From positions 3 through 64,002 of the forward strand of contig JBILFA010000004.1 of NCBI GenBank assembly GCA_044351795.1: a stretch of 64,000 nucleotides of DNA, given 5' to 3'. The position numbers and the translations under genes are program-made. Shown here one piece after another: positions 1 to 8,708 of this stretch (positions are counted from its first letter, which is position 1; each line of letters starts with the position of its first letter). The notes below the pieces were generated by a model. The model was not told the DNA's origin and searched no databases. It was given only the letters and a program-made list of their open reading frames with translations. This DNA is from Bdellovibrionota bacterium. Its GTDB lineage: Bacteria > Bdellovibrionota_C > UBA2361 > OMII01.

Positions 1-239
1 CCCGAGCTCCGCCGCGCTTCGCTTCGCGGGGGCTTTTGATTGCCCCCCGCTCAGCGCGGCTCCTTACCAATTCCGGAATTTACAGAAAGGATGGTGCACT
101 ATCTATCGTGACGTATGAGCTGTTAAGATAACGAAGCAGGAGAGCACACGTCGCAGTGGAAACGTAACAGGAGCGAGCCCAGATCGGATTCTATCAATAA
201 AGAAGCCAAGAGTTTTAACTACAGTGACAGAGAGATGGT

Positions 240-767
240 ATGAGAGAGATGAAATTGTTTTTCGATCAAAACCAGCTTTTCGAAGTCATATTTACAGACC
301 GTGCTAGTGGCTTACATTGCCACTGCGTGAGAGGTAAAGGTGCTGGAGCATACCACTCCGCGGGCTCGTTTCAGTGGACGGCCGCGGTAAAGGGACTAGC
401 TCTACTGCTCGTGCGAGCGGTCAGTGGCCTGGACCCGCACGTCATACACGGATATGCAGGGTCGCTTGCTTCAAGCCTCGATTATGCTATCTCCAAGCAG
501 CCTGTATGGATCTCAGACATGTTCGGCTTTGACGCCGCTGGAACCTGCCTAGTCCGACGATTGGTGCGTCGAACCAACCCTGAGCGCAAGAGGCCAGGGC
601 CAGTGGTGCTCTCGTTGAATGAGCGATTTATGCCCTCTGGCGCGATTACCATCTTTGTGAATGGTATCCCATGCTCACGAGAGGAGTTAGTCGTATTGGC
701 TGCAGCTCTTTCTCGCGAGGACACGGAACTCCCGCGGAAATCTGTCACATTATCAGCAGCCGCGTAG
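240..767 (+). CDS. Hypothetical protein, family-A paralog 1 (unrecognised conserved domain)
   Basis: 175-aa ORF, probable start ATG 249 (MKLFF). Shares the ordered motifs GSFQWTAAVKGLALLLV / SLASSLDYAISKQPVWISDMFG / NPERKRPGPVVL / ITIFVNG with the ORFs at 3543, 6792 and 8701. Confidence 0.75.
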   Translation: MREMKLFFDQNQLFEVIFTDRASGLHCHCVRGKGAGAYHSAGSFQWTAAVKGLALLLVRAVSGLDPHVIHGYAGSLASSLDYAISKQPVWISDMFGFDAAGTCLVRRLVRRTNPERKRPGPVVLSLNERFMPSGAITIFVNGIPCSREELVVLAAALSREDTELPRKSVTLSAAA

Positions 768-935
768 CATGTTCACAGTGGTACACGAAGACAGGGGTAT
801 GCAGCCACCCAATCTATGGCTCTATTGAATTTCTAAATCAGGCCGAACGGCTGATGAGGCAGAGCTATCTCTAGAATAGCTGGCTACTACCCTGTCTTGG
901 TTCGACACCACTTTGTGCAGCAGAGGAGCGTCTTG

Positions 936-1124
936 TTAGTAATAGAGGTTTTGTACCTTTGGGCGGGGTAGTATCAAAGTAGTCATGCCGCGATCGATAT
1001 TGGCAACCGACACAGCTTGAGGAGCAACGTCACCAAGCAAACGAGCAGTTTCTCGTTGCAGATTGCCTGTTGTGCTAGCACAGCCTAGCAGTAGCGGTAT
1101 AGTAACGAGCGCGAATAGAACCAT
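936..1124 (-). CDS. Small putative lipoprotein
   Basis: Track ORF 936-1184. An internal ATG at 1124 gives MVLFALVTIPLLLGCAS, a signal peptide with lipobox LLGC. The 20 codons upstream run through the att-like repeat and are probably not coding. Confidence 0.4.
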   Translation of the reverse strand: MVLFALVTIPLLLGCASTTGNLQRETARLLGDVAPQAVSVANIDRGMTTLILPRPKVQNLYY

Positions 1125-1145
1125 CCATTTTGTTATCTTAACGTT

Positions 1146-1179
1146 CTCCCCTCTCCTTCTTCTCGAGGTATAAGCGCTG
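1146..1179. repeat. Direct repeat DR-c: 34-bp copy of the rep 3' core (candidate distal att site)
   Basis: ctcccctctccttcttctcgaggtataagcgctg matches 38640-38673 with one mismatch. It also matches 27298-27329 over the same core. All three copies are in the same orientation. Confidence 0.6.
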
Positions 1180-1511
1180 AGCAAATCAAGACTGGCCTCA
1201 ATTAGGCATAGGGGCTCCGTCTATTGCCCTTTGCCACACACGTTTCTGACGGCTGCGAGCGCCACTCTGCGGATCGCAACTGGAATATCAGTAGTTTATG
1301 GACTCACTGCGTCTTAGCGAGCTGTCCTAACCACAATTTACCATGCTGCATATTACTTACAGTTTAGTCAGACTCACTCTAGCTGAGCCTATGAGACGTA
1401 GGCCCCTGCTCCAGAAGGACCTAAGAGCTAAAAGAATCGCGCGGCTTCCTTGTCTACTGGTGAAACCACGGGTCAAAGCTCGTGGGTGGCTGAAAAAGTG
1501 TTTGACTTTGA

Positions 1512-2927
1512 TTGGTCAGCACTACTACATATAGCCGATTAGTTCTGCGTTATGAGGATAAGCAAGTGAAAGTGACTCAGCGCCAGCGATCAAACCCCGC
1601 AGAGAATCCTCGCTTTTGGTCAGCTAATGCCCATGGCCTTCATCCCTCGCTTGCCGCTGCATTTACCCGTGCGCACAAAACTGCAAACGTTTATGGCTCT
1701 GCTCCATATGCGCAAGATACCTACACAAAAGCTCTCGCCCATGCTGTTAGTGAACTCTTCGGGCCAACTGCGCAGGCTCACCTTGTTCCTTCGGGAACGA
1801 GCGCTAATGCTTTAGCGCTTTCTACCTTTGTTGATTCTACCTCGACTATCGTAACGCCGGCTTGCTCCCACATTGCGCACTTCGAAGTTGGGGCAATCGA
1901 GTATGCCACCCAGGGAGCGCGTATCGACCTTATTCCCGATTATATGGGGAAGATTGACGCCCGCTCGATAGATTGGAAGTTGAGGGCGCGGTCTTCCTTG
2001 TTGCCCGAACAGCTACCTCAGCCCAAGGTGCTAGTTGTGTCACAGCTCACTGAGCTTGGTACTTGCTACTCTGTCGCTGAAATGCAGGAACTCTCCGAAA
2101 TTGCTCATACTCGGGATATGAAATTGGTGGTAGACGGGGCGCGGTTATTCCAGGCGGCTCAGGCTTCCAACGTCGACCTACGACGTTTTGTTACAGACAC
2201 CGGAGTAGATGCACTTTCACTCGATCTTTCGAAATGCGGCGGGGACGGATGCCTGGTTATCTTCTTTTCGGATGAATCGATGAGCCTACAGCTGCGACGC
2301 CGTATGAAACAATGTGGTTTGGTGCGTCCCTCTGGGTTCGGTGCTGCCGCCGCGGCCGTAGAGCTCCTTGGGTCGAGCATGTGGAAGCAGCTCGCTTTGC
2401 AGGTCAATAGCCATGCATCTGCGCTAGCTCACGGCTTGGCGCGAATAGGAATCAGCACAGCATACCCCGTTCAGGGAAATTTAGTCTTTGTTCGGCTGCC
2501 ACAGGTTGTTCGAAGCCACCTTGAGACTTCACATCGTTTTTATACCTGGGACCGAGTCAAAGGGCTGGTACGTTTCGAAATAGGGCATGCAACTACACAC
2601 GAGTGGATAAAGTCGCTTCTGGATGACATCGAGGCCTGCTTGCCTTTACTTGAGGTGTTTGCATACGATGTAAAAACCTTTAGCGAAATGCCGCTCCGAA
2701 AACTTCGCATGCTCCACAACGATGGAAAAATATCAGATGAGATGTTCTTCGCTGCAGCGCAGCGATCAGTTTCGAATCTAACTGTGGGGCAGCTGCACCA
2801 GCTCCTTGAATCTGGAGTACTTACCCCTGCTGAGGTATCTGAGTTATGCATATCGGTTGCAGGAATAGAAGATGAGTTCGCTCAGTGCCACCGTAAGCTA
2901 AGGGCATGTGCCAATGGGGATTTGTAG
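1512..2927 (+). CDS. PLP-dependent threonine-aldolase-like enzyme (beta-eliminating lyase family) with a C-terminal extension
   Basis: VPSGTSANALAL, DGARL and LSLDLSKCGG (candidate PLP lysine) line up with low-specificity threonine aldolases. The start is uncertain (in-frame GTG at 1566). I cannot match roughly the last 110 aa to anything. Confidence 0.6.
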   Translation: MVSTTTYSRLVLRYEDKQVKVTQRQRSNPAENPRFWSANAHGLHPSLAAAFTRAHKTANVYGSAPYAQDTYTKALAHAVSELFGPTAQAHLVPSGTSANALALSTFVDSTSTIVTPACSHIAHFEVGAIEYATQGARIDLIPDYMGKIDARSIDWKLRARSSLLPEQLPQPKVLVVSQLTELGTCYSVAEMQELSEIAHTRDMKLVVDGARLFQAAQASNVDLRRFVTDTGVDALSLDLSKCGGDGCLVIFFSDESMSLQLRRRMKQCGLVRPSGFGAAAAAVELLGSSMWKQLALQVNSHASALAHGLARIGISTAYPVQGNLVFVRLPQVVRSHLETSHRFYTWDRVKGLVRFEIGHATTHEWIKSLLDDIEACLPLLEVFAYDVKTFSEMPLRKLRMLHNDGKISDEMFFAAAQRSVSNLTVGQLHQLLESGVLTPAEVSELCISVAGIEDEFAQCHRKLRACANGDL

Positions 2928-3036
2928 CCGCTGGGGACTTTTCTCTCCATTGGCTTGGTCGACACTAGGACCTGAATGTTGATTAGTTCGGAAGCGCTGC
3001 GAAGTACTCTGTCTTAATGTATCAAAGGAACAGGTT

Positions 3037-3381
3037 ATGATGAGTCCCTTTATTCAATTACGAAACGTCCCCAGCGCAGAACCCATGGAGGGGTTTTCTG
3101 GGAAGTTTGTCCATTCCGAATACATGACAATAGCGCGCTGGATTATTAGATCAGGCTCTATCCTTCCGGCTCATTCTCACTTGCATGAACAGGTAGCCGA
3201 AGTCCTTTCAGGGGAATTCGAGCTTACGATAGACGGGGACACCGAGGTCCTGACACCCGGAATCGTAGCCGTTATTCCGCCTAATGCTGTGCACTCGGGT
3301 CGAGCTATCACTGATTGCGAGATTATCGACGTGTTTTTCCCCGTGAGAGAGGATTATCGCTCGGCAGACACTCACACATAG
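3037..3381 (+). CDS. Cupin domain protein
   Basis: 114 aa. PAHSHLHEQVAEVLSGEFEL followed by IPPNAVHSGRA resembles the two cupin metal-binding motifs. SD-like aaaggaacagg lies upstream of the ATG. Confidence 0.65.
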   Translation: MMSPFIQLRNVPSAEPMEGFSGKFVHSEYMTIARWIIRSGSILPAHSHLHEQVAEVLSGEFELTIDGDTEVLTPGIVAVIPPNAVHSGRAITDCEIIDVFFPVREDYRSADTHT

Positions 3382-3542
3382 CAGACAGCTGGCTGGGTCA
3401 AGGATACCAGGCACTCAAATCACATTTGGGAGGGTAGCGCTAAGCTAGGAGCTTCATCACAGTTTTGTGTAGAACTCATAGCTATATTGTGGCATGAATT
3501 AAGTTGAGAGCATCTTGTTAAGGTCCAAAGTGCGGGAGGTCC

Positions 3543-4775
3543 ATGCACATTAACCTTGCGTTCCTCAGTTGCCCCGGGGGTCCCGAGCTCCTACACATCG
3601 TATTTACTTGCGACACTATCAGGCGCGAGTGCAGCAGAGGTTCGCCAGTAACAAGCAAAGACGGCCGCGGGGCATTCCGCTGGTCTGCGGCAGTCCAGGC
3701 CCTCGCTCTCTTACTAACGCACCACGCCGTTGCCGAGCTCGAGGGTAGGCCACGTGGGACGCTGGAAGGCGATAAGGGCTCTCACGCTGCTTCGCTAGAT
3801 TACGCCATCTCTAAGGAACCTGTCTGGCTCCTGGACATGTTCGGAACTACCGCGAGAGGAGACGCATTTATCAACCGGATTGTGGAGCGCGAAAACTCTG
3901 AGCGCCGTCGCCCCGGTCCAGTGGTCCTGAAAGTCCGATCAGAAGCCCTAGCCCCTACAGATGTAAAAATCCATCTGGACGGAGCTCCACTAGAGGGCAA
4001 ACAGCAGCTACTGGACTTTTGCGGGATCCTACGACGTGCGCTGTCTGTTAGCTCAGAGGGCGACGACCCGGGATACTTGAGTGGAATGCTCGAAAAATTA
4101 GTGATCGACGGAGATGCATTTCTGCGTACACTGAACCTTCAGTCCTATGTGCGGGATCTACGAGCGGATCTTAAGTTACTGGCTGATAGACCGGAGCAAG
4201 GCTGCATAATTGAGTACATAAAGAAGCAGATTAAAGAAGTCTGCATCATGAGTGAAGCGCACTACGCCTCCACCCTCGGTGGGCTGGCAGCTGACGAGCC
4301 CTTTTTATTTTCATGTTCATCGCTCATTGATGCTGGAGTCGAAGCATATGTTTCTGACCCTCATTGGCAATACTTGTTATTCCGCTTCGGTAGCGCCTTT
4401 AAGGTGCGCGGGAAGGTTCCCCCTCTTCGCATCTTTTTTGTAAATAGTGAAACCTTGTGGCAGACAAATCTTCATCATATCGATCACATCATTCGCCAAC
4501 ATCTCGCCTGCGGCATCAATGTAAAATTGGTGCCAGATGAGGCAGTGGTACAAGCAGCGCGTGATAAACGCAACATGGCCATTTTTGGCCATAAGGTGCT
4601 GCTGCATGCGACAGATCAAGTCTCGTGGGACTTAGATTTGACCGTTGAGATGAGTGCGCTGCGGGCTGCCAAGGACAAGCATTTTTATTTTCAAAGTCTT
4701 GACGGTTGTCATATAAAGGCCACGACTCGAGATCCACTTGCTCTGGTAGCGGAGTTTTCGCGCACCATGCTCTGA
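3543..4775 (+). CDS. Family-A paralog 2 fused to an uncharacterised C-terminal domain of about 230 aa
   Basis: The N-terminal part carries GAFRWSAAVQALALLLT / ASLDYAISKEPVWLLDMFG / NSERRRPGPVVL / VKIHLDG. I do not recognise the C-terminal half (PHWQYLLFRFGSAF...IFFVNSE...NMAIFGHKVLLH). Confidence 0.7.
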   Translation: MHINLAFLSCPGGPELLHIVFTCDTIRRECSRGSPVTSKDGRGAFRWSAAVQALALLLTHHAVAELEGRPRGTLEGDKGSHAASLDYAISKEPVWLLDMFGTTARGDAFINRIVERENSERRRPGPVVLKVRSEALAPTDVKIHLDGAPLEGKQQLLDFCGILRRALSVSSEGDDPGYLSGMLEKLVIDGDAFLRTLNLQSYVRDLRADLKLLADRPEQGCIIEYIKKQIKEVCIMSEAHYASTLGGLAADEPFLFSCSSLIDAGVEAYVSDPHWQYLLFRFGSAFKVRGKVPPLRIFFVNSETLWQTNLHHIDHIIRQHLACGINVKLVPDEAVVQAARDKRNMAIFGHKVLLHATDQVSWDLDLTVEMSALRAAKDKHFYFQSLDGCHIKATTRDPLALVAEFSRTML

Positions 4776-4792
4776 CGCTAAGGACCTACACT

Positions 4793-5725
4793 ATGGCAAA
4801 TAATCTTATCGTATCGGGCATTCGAAATACGGGAGAGAACTGCTCTTCGGACCCTAATATAGATGTCGAGTCCAGAGTCAACTGGAGCTCAGTAGCTGAA
4901 AGCTATGACTGGGGAAGGCCATTTCCGCCAGAGCATGTACAGAAGTTATTTGAACAAGCACCTGAGGTTCACAGGCTCCTCTTACAGGGGGCAGTGGTCG
5001 TGGATATTGGAGCGGGGACCGGCAGAATTACCGTTCCTCTGGCAAAGCAATATCCGAACAGCACATTTATAGCGGTTGATAATTCAGAGACACTGCTCCA
5101 AGTCTTATCCCGACGCTCACATGATCTATCGAAACAGCCGCAGTGTATTCACCAAGATCTCATAGCTTCTCAGCTCTTACCTTCGGGGGATGTTTATATC
5201 TTGAGTTCCGTACTGCATGCCCTTCCCGTCTGGAAGAATGTTTGCAGGGCTATTGCCGAAAGTATACGTCCAGGCGGTCTCGTAGCATTAATCGGCGAGG
5301 AGGGAGACATCTATAACCTTTCACTTGGAAGAGCTCCAGCTCAGCTGCCACCCATGCCAGCTAGCAATATCCTATCTAGCTTCTGGAAACAGTACCACGA
5401 ACTGCGCACCTCTGTAGGAGCGCCACCCGTAGAAGGAACGCAGATCGGCTGCAGCTGGGAGGCCACTAATGCTGAGGCAGTTGATTGCTTTCGTGCTCTA
5501 GGATTCAAGGAGTCAGGCAGTGCCAGTCTGCAGTGGACACGCACTGTCGAAGCTTCTGAACTTATGAGAATTGTCGATGAACGAGTTTTTTCGTCGCTTA
5601 TGGCACTTTCCCCACACCAGTTTTCGCAAATTCAAAATGGACTGCGGGCCCTCGTGTCATTACACAAAGATCTGTCCGATGAAGCTCGGTGTTTAGCGAC
5701 TCTTCGACTTATGACCAAAGAGTAA
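4793..5725 (+). CDS. Class I SAM-dependent methyltransferase
   Basis: Motif I VVDIGAGTGRITVPLA. Start refined to ATG 4793 (SD aagga 8-12 nt upstream). The track start at 4706 would overlap the upstream gene by 70 nt. Confidence 0.7.
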   Translation: MANNLIVSGIRNTGENCSSDPNIDVESRVNWSSVAESYDWGRPFPPEHVQKLFEQAPEVHRLLLQGAVVVDIGAGTGRITVPLAKQYPNSTFIAVDNSETLLQVLSRRSHDLSKQPQCIHQDLIASQLLPSGDVYILSSVLHALPVWKNVCRAIAESIRPGGLVALIGEEGDIYNLSLGRAPAQLPPMPASNILSSFWKQYHELRTSVGAPPVEGTQIGCSWEATNAEAVDCFRALGFKESGSASLQWTRTVEASELMRIVDERVFSSLMALSPHQFSQIQNGLRALVSLHKDLSDEARCLATLRLMTKE

Positions 5726-5773
5726 GACAGATATAAGCGGCTCAGGAGAAGTTAAGTATTCAGGAGATAAGGT

Positions 5774-6574
5774 ATGACTGAAGAAGCATTCGAGTCACAG
5801 TTCGCTGACGTTGAGCTCGAGGACTATAAGGACAACGCCGAGTTCTATGAGCTTGAAGAGCGAGCTCGCCCCGATGAAATGGCCATGATTCACGGTGCCG
5901 GCATGGAAGCGCTGGCTATTGCTCGATCGAGGGGAAAAGCTACCGTTCTTGATCTTTGTTGTGGTACAGGTCTCTCGCATGAGCTTTTGGTGAACGACCC
6001 GTCGATTTCGCGGATCGTAGGCGTTGACATCTCAGAGCCCTACCTGGAGTTCGCCCGGAGTGCATACGCCTCTGCTAAAACTGTCCCGTCTTATATCCTG
6101 GGTGATGTCGTCACTCATCCTCTGCCTGTTGTTGCATGGGACATAGTCATGATGTGCTCCGCTTACCATCACATCGAAGATAGTCGAAAAGTCGACTTCC
6201 TCAAGCGAGTGAGGGGATTGATCCAGCATGGAGGAAGAGGAATCTTTGCCGAGAATATTCTTCCTGCATACAGCCCTGGGGATACACAGCAGTACTCTCA
6301 ATCCGTTCGCCTGTTTTATGAGTCCGTTTTAGAGACAGCTCGCAAAGACAATCCCGCACTTCCAGAGGTTGTAGAACGCCTAATATGGCGTGTGGCCCAG
6401 TATGGGTTCGATGGTGAATATGAGTATAAGGTCAGTTATGACATCTTCCAGGCCCATTTGAATGAGGCTGGCTTAGAGGTCGTAAAGGAGCAAAAAGTTT
6501 GGCCTTCGATCTCCAACAACCTGCTCGGCACGGGTGGAAACTACGTTGTAGTGGTCAAAGCTCGAGACGCCTAG
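5774..6574 (+). CDS. Class I SAM-dependent methyltransferase
   Basis: Motif I VLDLCCGTGLS, with downstream DIVMMCSAYHH. SD aggaga lies upstream of ATG 5774. Confidence 0.75.
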   Translation: MTEEAFESQFADVELEDYKDNAEFYELEERARPDEMAMIHGAGMEALAIARSRGKATVLDLCCGTGLSHELLVNDPSISRIVGVDISEPYLEFARSAYASAKTVPSYILGDVVTHPLPVVAWDIVMMCSAYHHIEDSRKVDFLKRVRGLIQHGGRGIFAENILPAYSPGDTQQYSQSVRLFYESVLETARKDNPALPEVVERLIWRVAQYGFDGEYEYKVSYDIFQAHLNEAGLEVVKEQKVWPSISNNLLGTGGNYVVVVKARDA

Positions 6575-6596
6575 GGTAGGACTTTACACATAAAAT

Positions 6597-6624
6597 ACCA
6601 GCAGCTAGTTCCCTAGCTGCTGGT
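6597..6624 (+). terminator. Strong hairpin after the methyltransferase operon (terminator candidate, no clear U tract)
   Basis: accagcagctag-ttcc-ctagctgctggt forms a perfect 12-bp stem 23 nt after the stop at 6574. Confidence 0.45.
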
Positions 6625-6791
6625 CCTATGAAGCTTCCCACCTTATCTGAATTTGGCTCCAGAATAAGACTCTGACTTTTCCGTATACGATTTCCCCAGT
6701 TGCAGCGCCCTACGGGGGCCGGCAACAAATAAATGTGCGGCTTCTGCCGAGTCTTTATCGTTTCCGCTGTTGATGGGCACATTAAGGGGGG

Positions 6792-7355
6792 ATGATCATT
6801 ATGTACATGGCAATTGAGCTCCATTTCGCGTCGGGTAATGAGGTTCAGCTAACCCACACAAAGGTCAGAGATCAGAGGGGCATCTGGTATAGAACAGTCA
6901 GAGGACACACGGAGGGGGCTTATAAAGGTCACGGAACCTTCCAGTGGACTCGCGCTGTGAGAGCTCTTTCGCTCCTGCTCGTTGAATACTGCATGTCGGG
7001 AAGCGTGCGCCTCGAAGGTACGAACGGGTCTCTTGCGAGCTCTCTTGACTATGCCCTCAGCAAAAGACCGATTTGGCTCCTTGACGTATTCGGCGTCGAT
7101 AGCGCCGGAGTTCCCTCCGCACGCCGTCTCTTTAAAGTCACTAACCCCAACCGTAAACGCCCGGGGCCGGTAGCTATTCGAGTTGACGAACACGTTCTTC
7201 CAAGCGGCAACATTAGAATATTCCTGGACAGAGTTCCAATTGAGACAACTAGCGAACTTGAGCCCCTTGCGAGAACTCTCAAGGTAAATGAGAGTGGCGG
7301 CGGCAACGTTAGCCTCCGACCGGTGCCCGCAGCTGCTGTCACATGCGCAGCCTAA
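6792..7355 (+). CDS. Hypothetical protein, family-A paralog 3
   Basis: Probable start ATG 6807 (MAIELHF). Motifs GTFQWTRAVRALSLLLV / SLASSLDYALSKRPIWLLDVFG / NPNRKRPGPVAI / IRIFLDR. The antisense ORFs 6849-7391 and 7049-7342 are treated as shadows. Confidence 0.75.
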   Translation: MIIMYMAIELHFASGNEVQLTHTKVRDQRGIWYRTVRGHTEGAYKGHGTFQWTRAVRALSLLLVEYCMSGSVRLEGTNGSLASSLDYALSKRPIWLLDVFGVDSAGVPSARRLFKVTNPNRKRPGPVAIRVDEHVLPSGNIRIFLDRVPIETTSELEPLARTLKVNESGGGNVSLRPVPAAAVTCAA

Positions 7356-7410
7356 GCCAGCGGCGGTCTCCTCCTCTCTATCAAGCCGCACTAGGAGGAT
7401 TTCGGATACA

Positions 7411-7426
7411 TCGCCTCATTCACAGG
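7411..7426 (+). promoter_or_regulatory. Upstream box copy (tcGCCTCATTCAcagg)
   Basis: One of seven oriented copies of the GCCTCATTCAGG core. It lies about 60-75 nt upstream of the ATG at 7488. Confidence 0.4.
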
Positions 7427-7487
7427 ACCCCATAGATAGTAGGATAGACAGGCATCATCATAGTTCGCTAACAAAGGAGCACTGTGC

Positions 7488-8237
7488 ATGAAGAAGCATG
7501 ATTGGAAGCCTGATACGATCTTGAGCTATGATGCCTCTAGCGACATTTGTAAGTTAGCGCACGGTGAGCCTCGGATGTCGGTGGCCCTCGCCGTTCTGGA
7601 AGACGAAATCCTTACTACAGAACAGATTGTACAATTCAGATGTCTACTACGCCGAAAAGAAGCGCTTCTTCAGGTCGACACAATCACGCACCATCGACGT
7701 GCCGGTACACTCGATAAGATAGCCAGGAGCATCCTCGACTCGCTCGTTATTACGAAAGGGGGATACGTAGCTCTAACAATCCCGGCACAGACAAGCGACC
7801 TTGAGGCTCTCATAGCGTTGAATGCCTATTTTCGAACGCTGCACCCCGCCTTTAAAAGGGACGCTATCTACACTGGAGACCTTGAATGGTATGGAGCACT
7901 GGAGAGCGTTACTCAGCGCGACACAACTATGCCACGGCGTATTTCTATACAGACGCTCGTTCCAAGTACTCAGGGCAAGACGTACAAGCAGCAGGAAAGG
8001 GTACTCGAGCTTCGGCGCTTAGAGCCAGCGGACCCCTTGGAGCAGGCTCTCGTCGCAGCTGCATATGCGTGCGCGAACAAGGGAAAGGATATTTTTCAAG
8101 GGAAGTGGGTCCGTGGTGCTATCGAAGGCATAGTGATAGCGGCACCCGCGAGCGATGGCATCACAGTCGTTAAGTTAGGTGCTGCTGGCGACCCAAACAC
8201 CGCAATTTCTGGAACTCCGATTAAGACGAGGTCCTAA
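7488..8237 (+). CDS. Hypothetical protein, family-B member 1 (partner of family-A paralog 3)
   Basis: 249 aa with SD aaaggag upstream. The N-terminal SSDICKLAHGEPRMSVALAVLEDEILTTEQIVQFRCLL aligns with the N-terminus of ORF 9704. The rest is unrelated to it and unrecognised. Confidence 0.65.
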   Translation: MKKHDWKPDTILSYDASSDICKLAHGEPRMSVALAVLEDEILTTEQIVQFRCLLRRKEALLQVDTITHHRRAGTLDKIARSILDSLVITKGGYVALTIPAQTSDLEALIALNAYFRTLHPAFKRDAIYTGDLEWYGALESVTQRDTTMPRRISIQTLVPSTQGKTYKQQERVLELRRLEPADPLEQALVAAAYACANKGKDIFQGKWVRGAIEGIVIAAPASDGITVVKLGAAGDPNTAISGTPIKTRS

Positions 8238-8310
8238 CAGGAGGTTTCTTCTGATAGGCGAGAACAACTGTTAACTGGATGCCGTACAGGAGAAGTCAAA
8301 GATAGAGTTA

Positions 8311-8496
8311 CTATGCATCCTGAGAAGGACTGAGGCGTTTTGCCATCAGTTGTGCATTGAACTCCGCTCCGTCGTAGCCGTGATGAACCCGTCGATGACA
8401 GTTCGGGCATAGGGCAGTGACCCAGTCTGGATGGTTGCAGTTCCGTGATATCCCGCCACCGCCATCCACGCGTAGAAGCTCCCCTTGAGAGATTCC
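8311..8496 (-). pseudogene. HNH endonuclease C-terminal remnant
   Basis: A minus-strand frame different from track ORF 8234-8722 reads ...NCNHPDWVTALCPNCHRRVHHGYDGAEF...*. LCPNCHrrvH is the HNH zinc-finger end. There is no start codon and the frame opens right after a stop. Confidence 0.3.
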
Positions 8497-8665
8497 TTAC
8501 AAGGTAGGAAGGTTTATGCGCTAATCCCTGCTCTTTCTCTCTCGAGGGCGTACGTGCCCCATTTCTCCCCAGCATTGGGGAGAAGCTCCCCAGTAATGAA
8601 CACCCGCACCCGAATGATTTCAAGTGGTTGTGGTGGCTTCTTGAGTGGCACGTCGCTTGCGGAAG

Positions 8666-8708
8666 GTCCTCACATAAAACCACCGCACTAAGGTTAACAT
8701 GTGAGGAC
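8666..8708 (+). promoter_or_regulatory. 10-bp perfect inverted repeat that would occlude the SD of family-A paralog 4
   Basis: gtcctcacat (8666-8675) pairs with atgtgaggac (8699-8708). The right arm contains GAGGA 8-9 nt upstream of ATG 8716. Confidence 0.3.

Noticed and set aside
1-240. GC hairpin gcgggggc-ttttgatt-gccccccgc near the window start as a third copy of the 46381/47501 element
   Set aside because: Only the G-run hairpin style is similar. The loop and flanks do not align with the two bona fide copies, and the element would be cut by the window edge.
1125-1184. N-terminal extension MLSAYTSRRRRGENVKITKW of the small lipoprotein ORF
   Set aside because: It reads through the att-like direct repeat in a frame different from the Rep frame. 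The internal Met gives a clean lipoprotein signal peptide.
6849-7391. 180-aa and 97-aa antisense ORFs opposite family-A paralog 3
   Set aside because: The sense strand carries the motifs conserved across four paralogs. The antisense ORFs are shadow frames with no conserved counterpart opposite the other paralogs.
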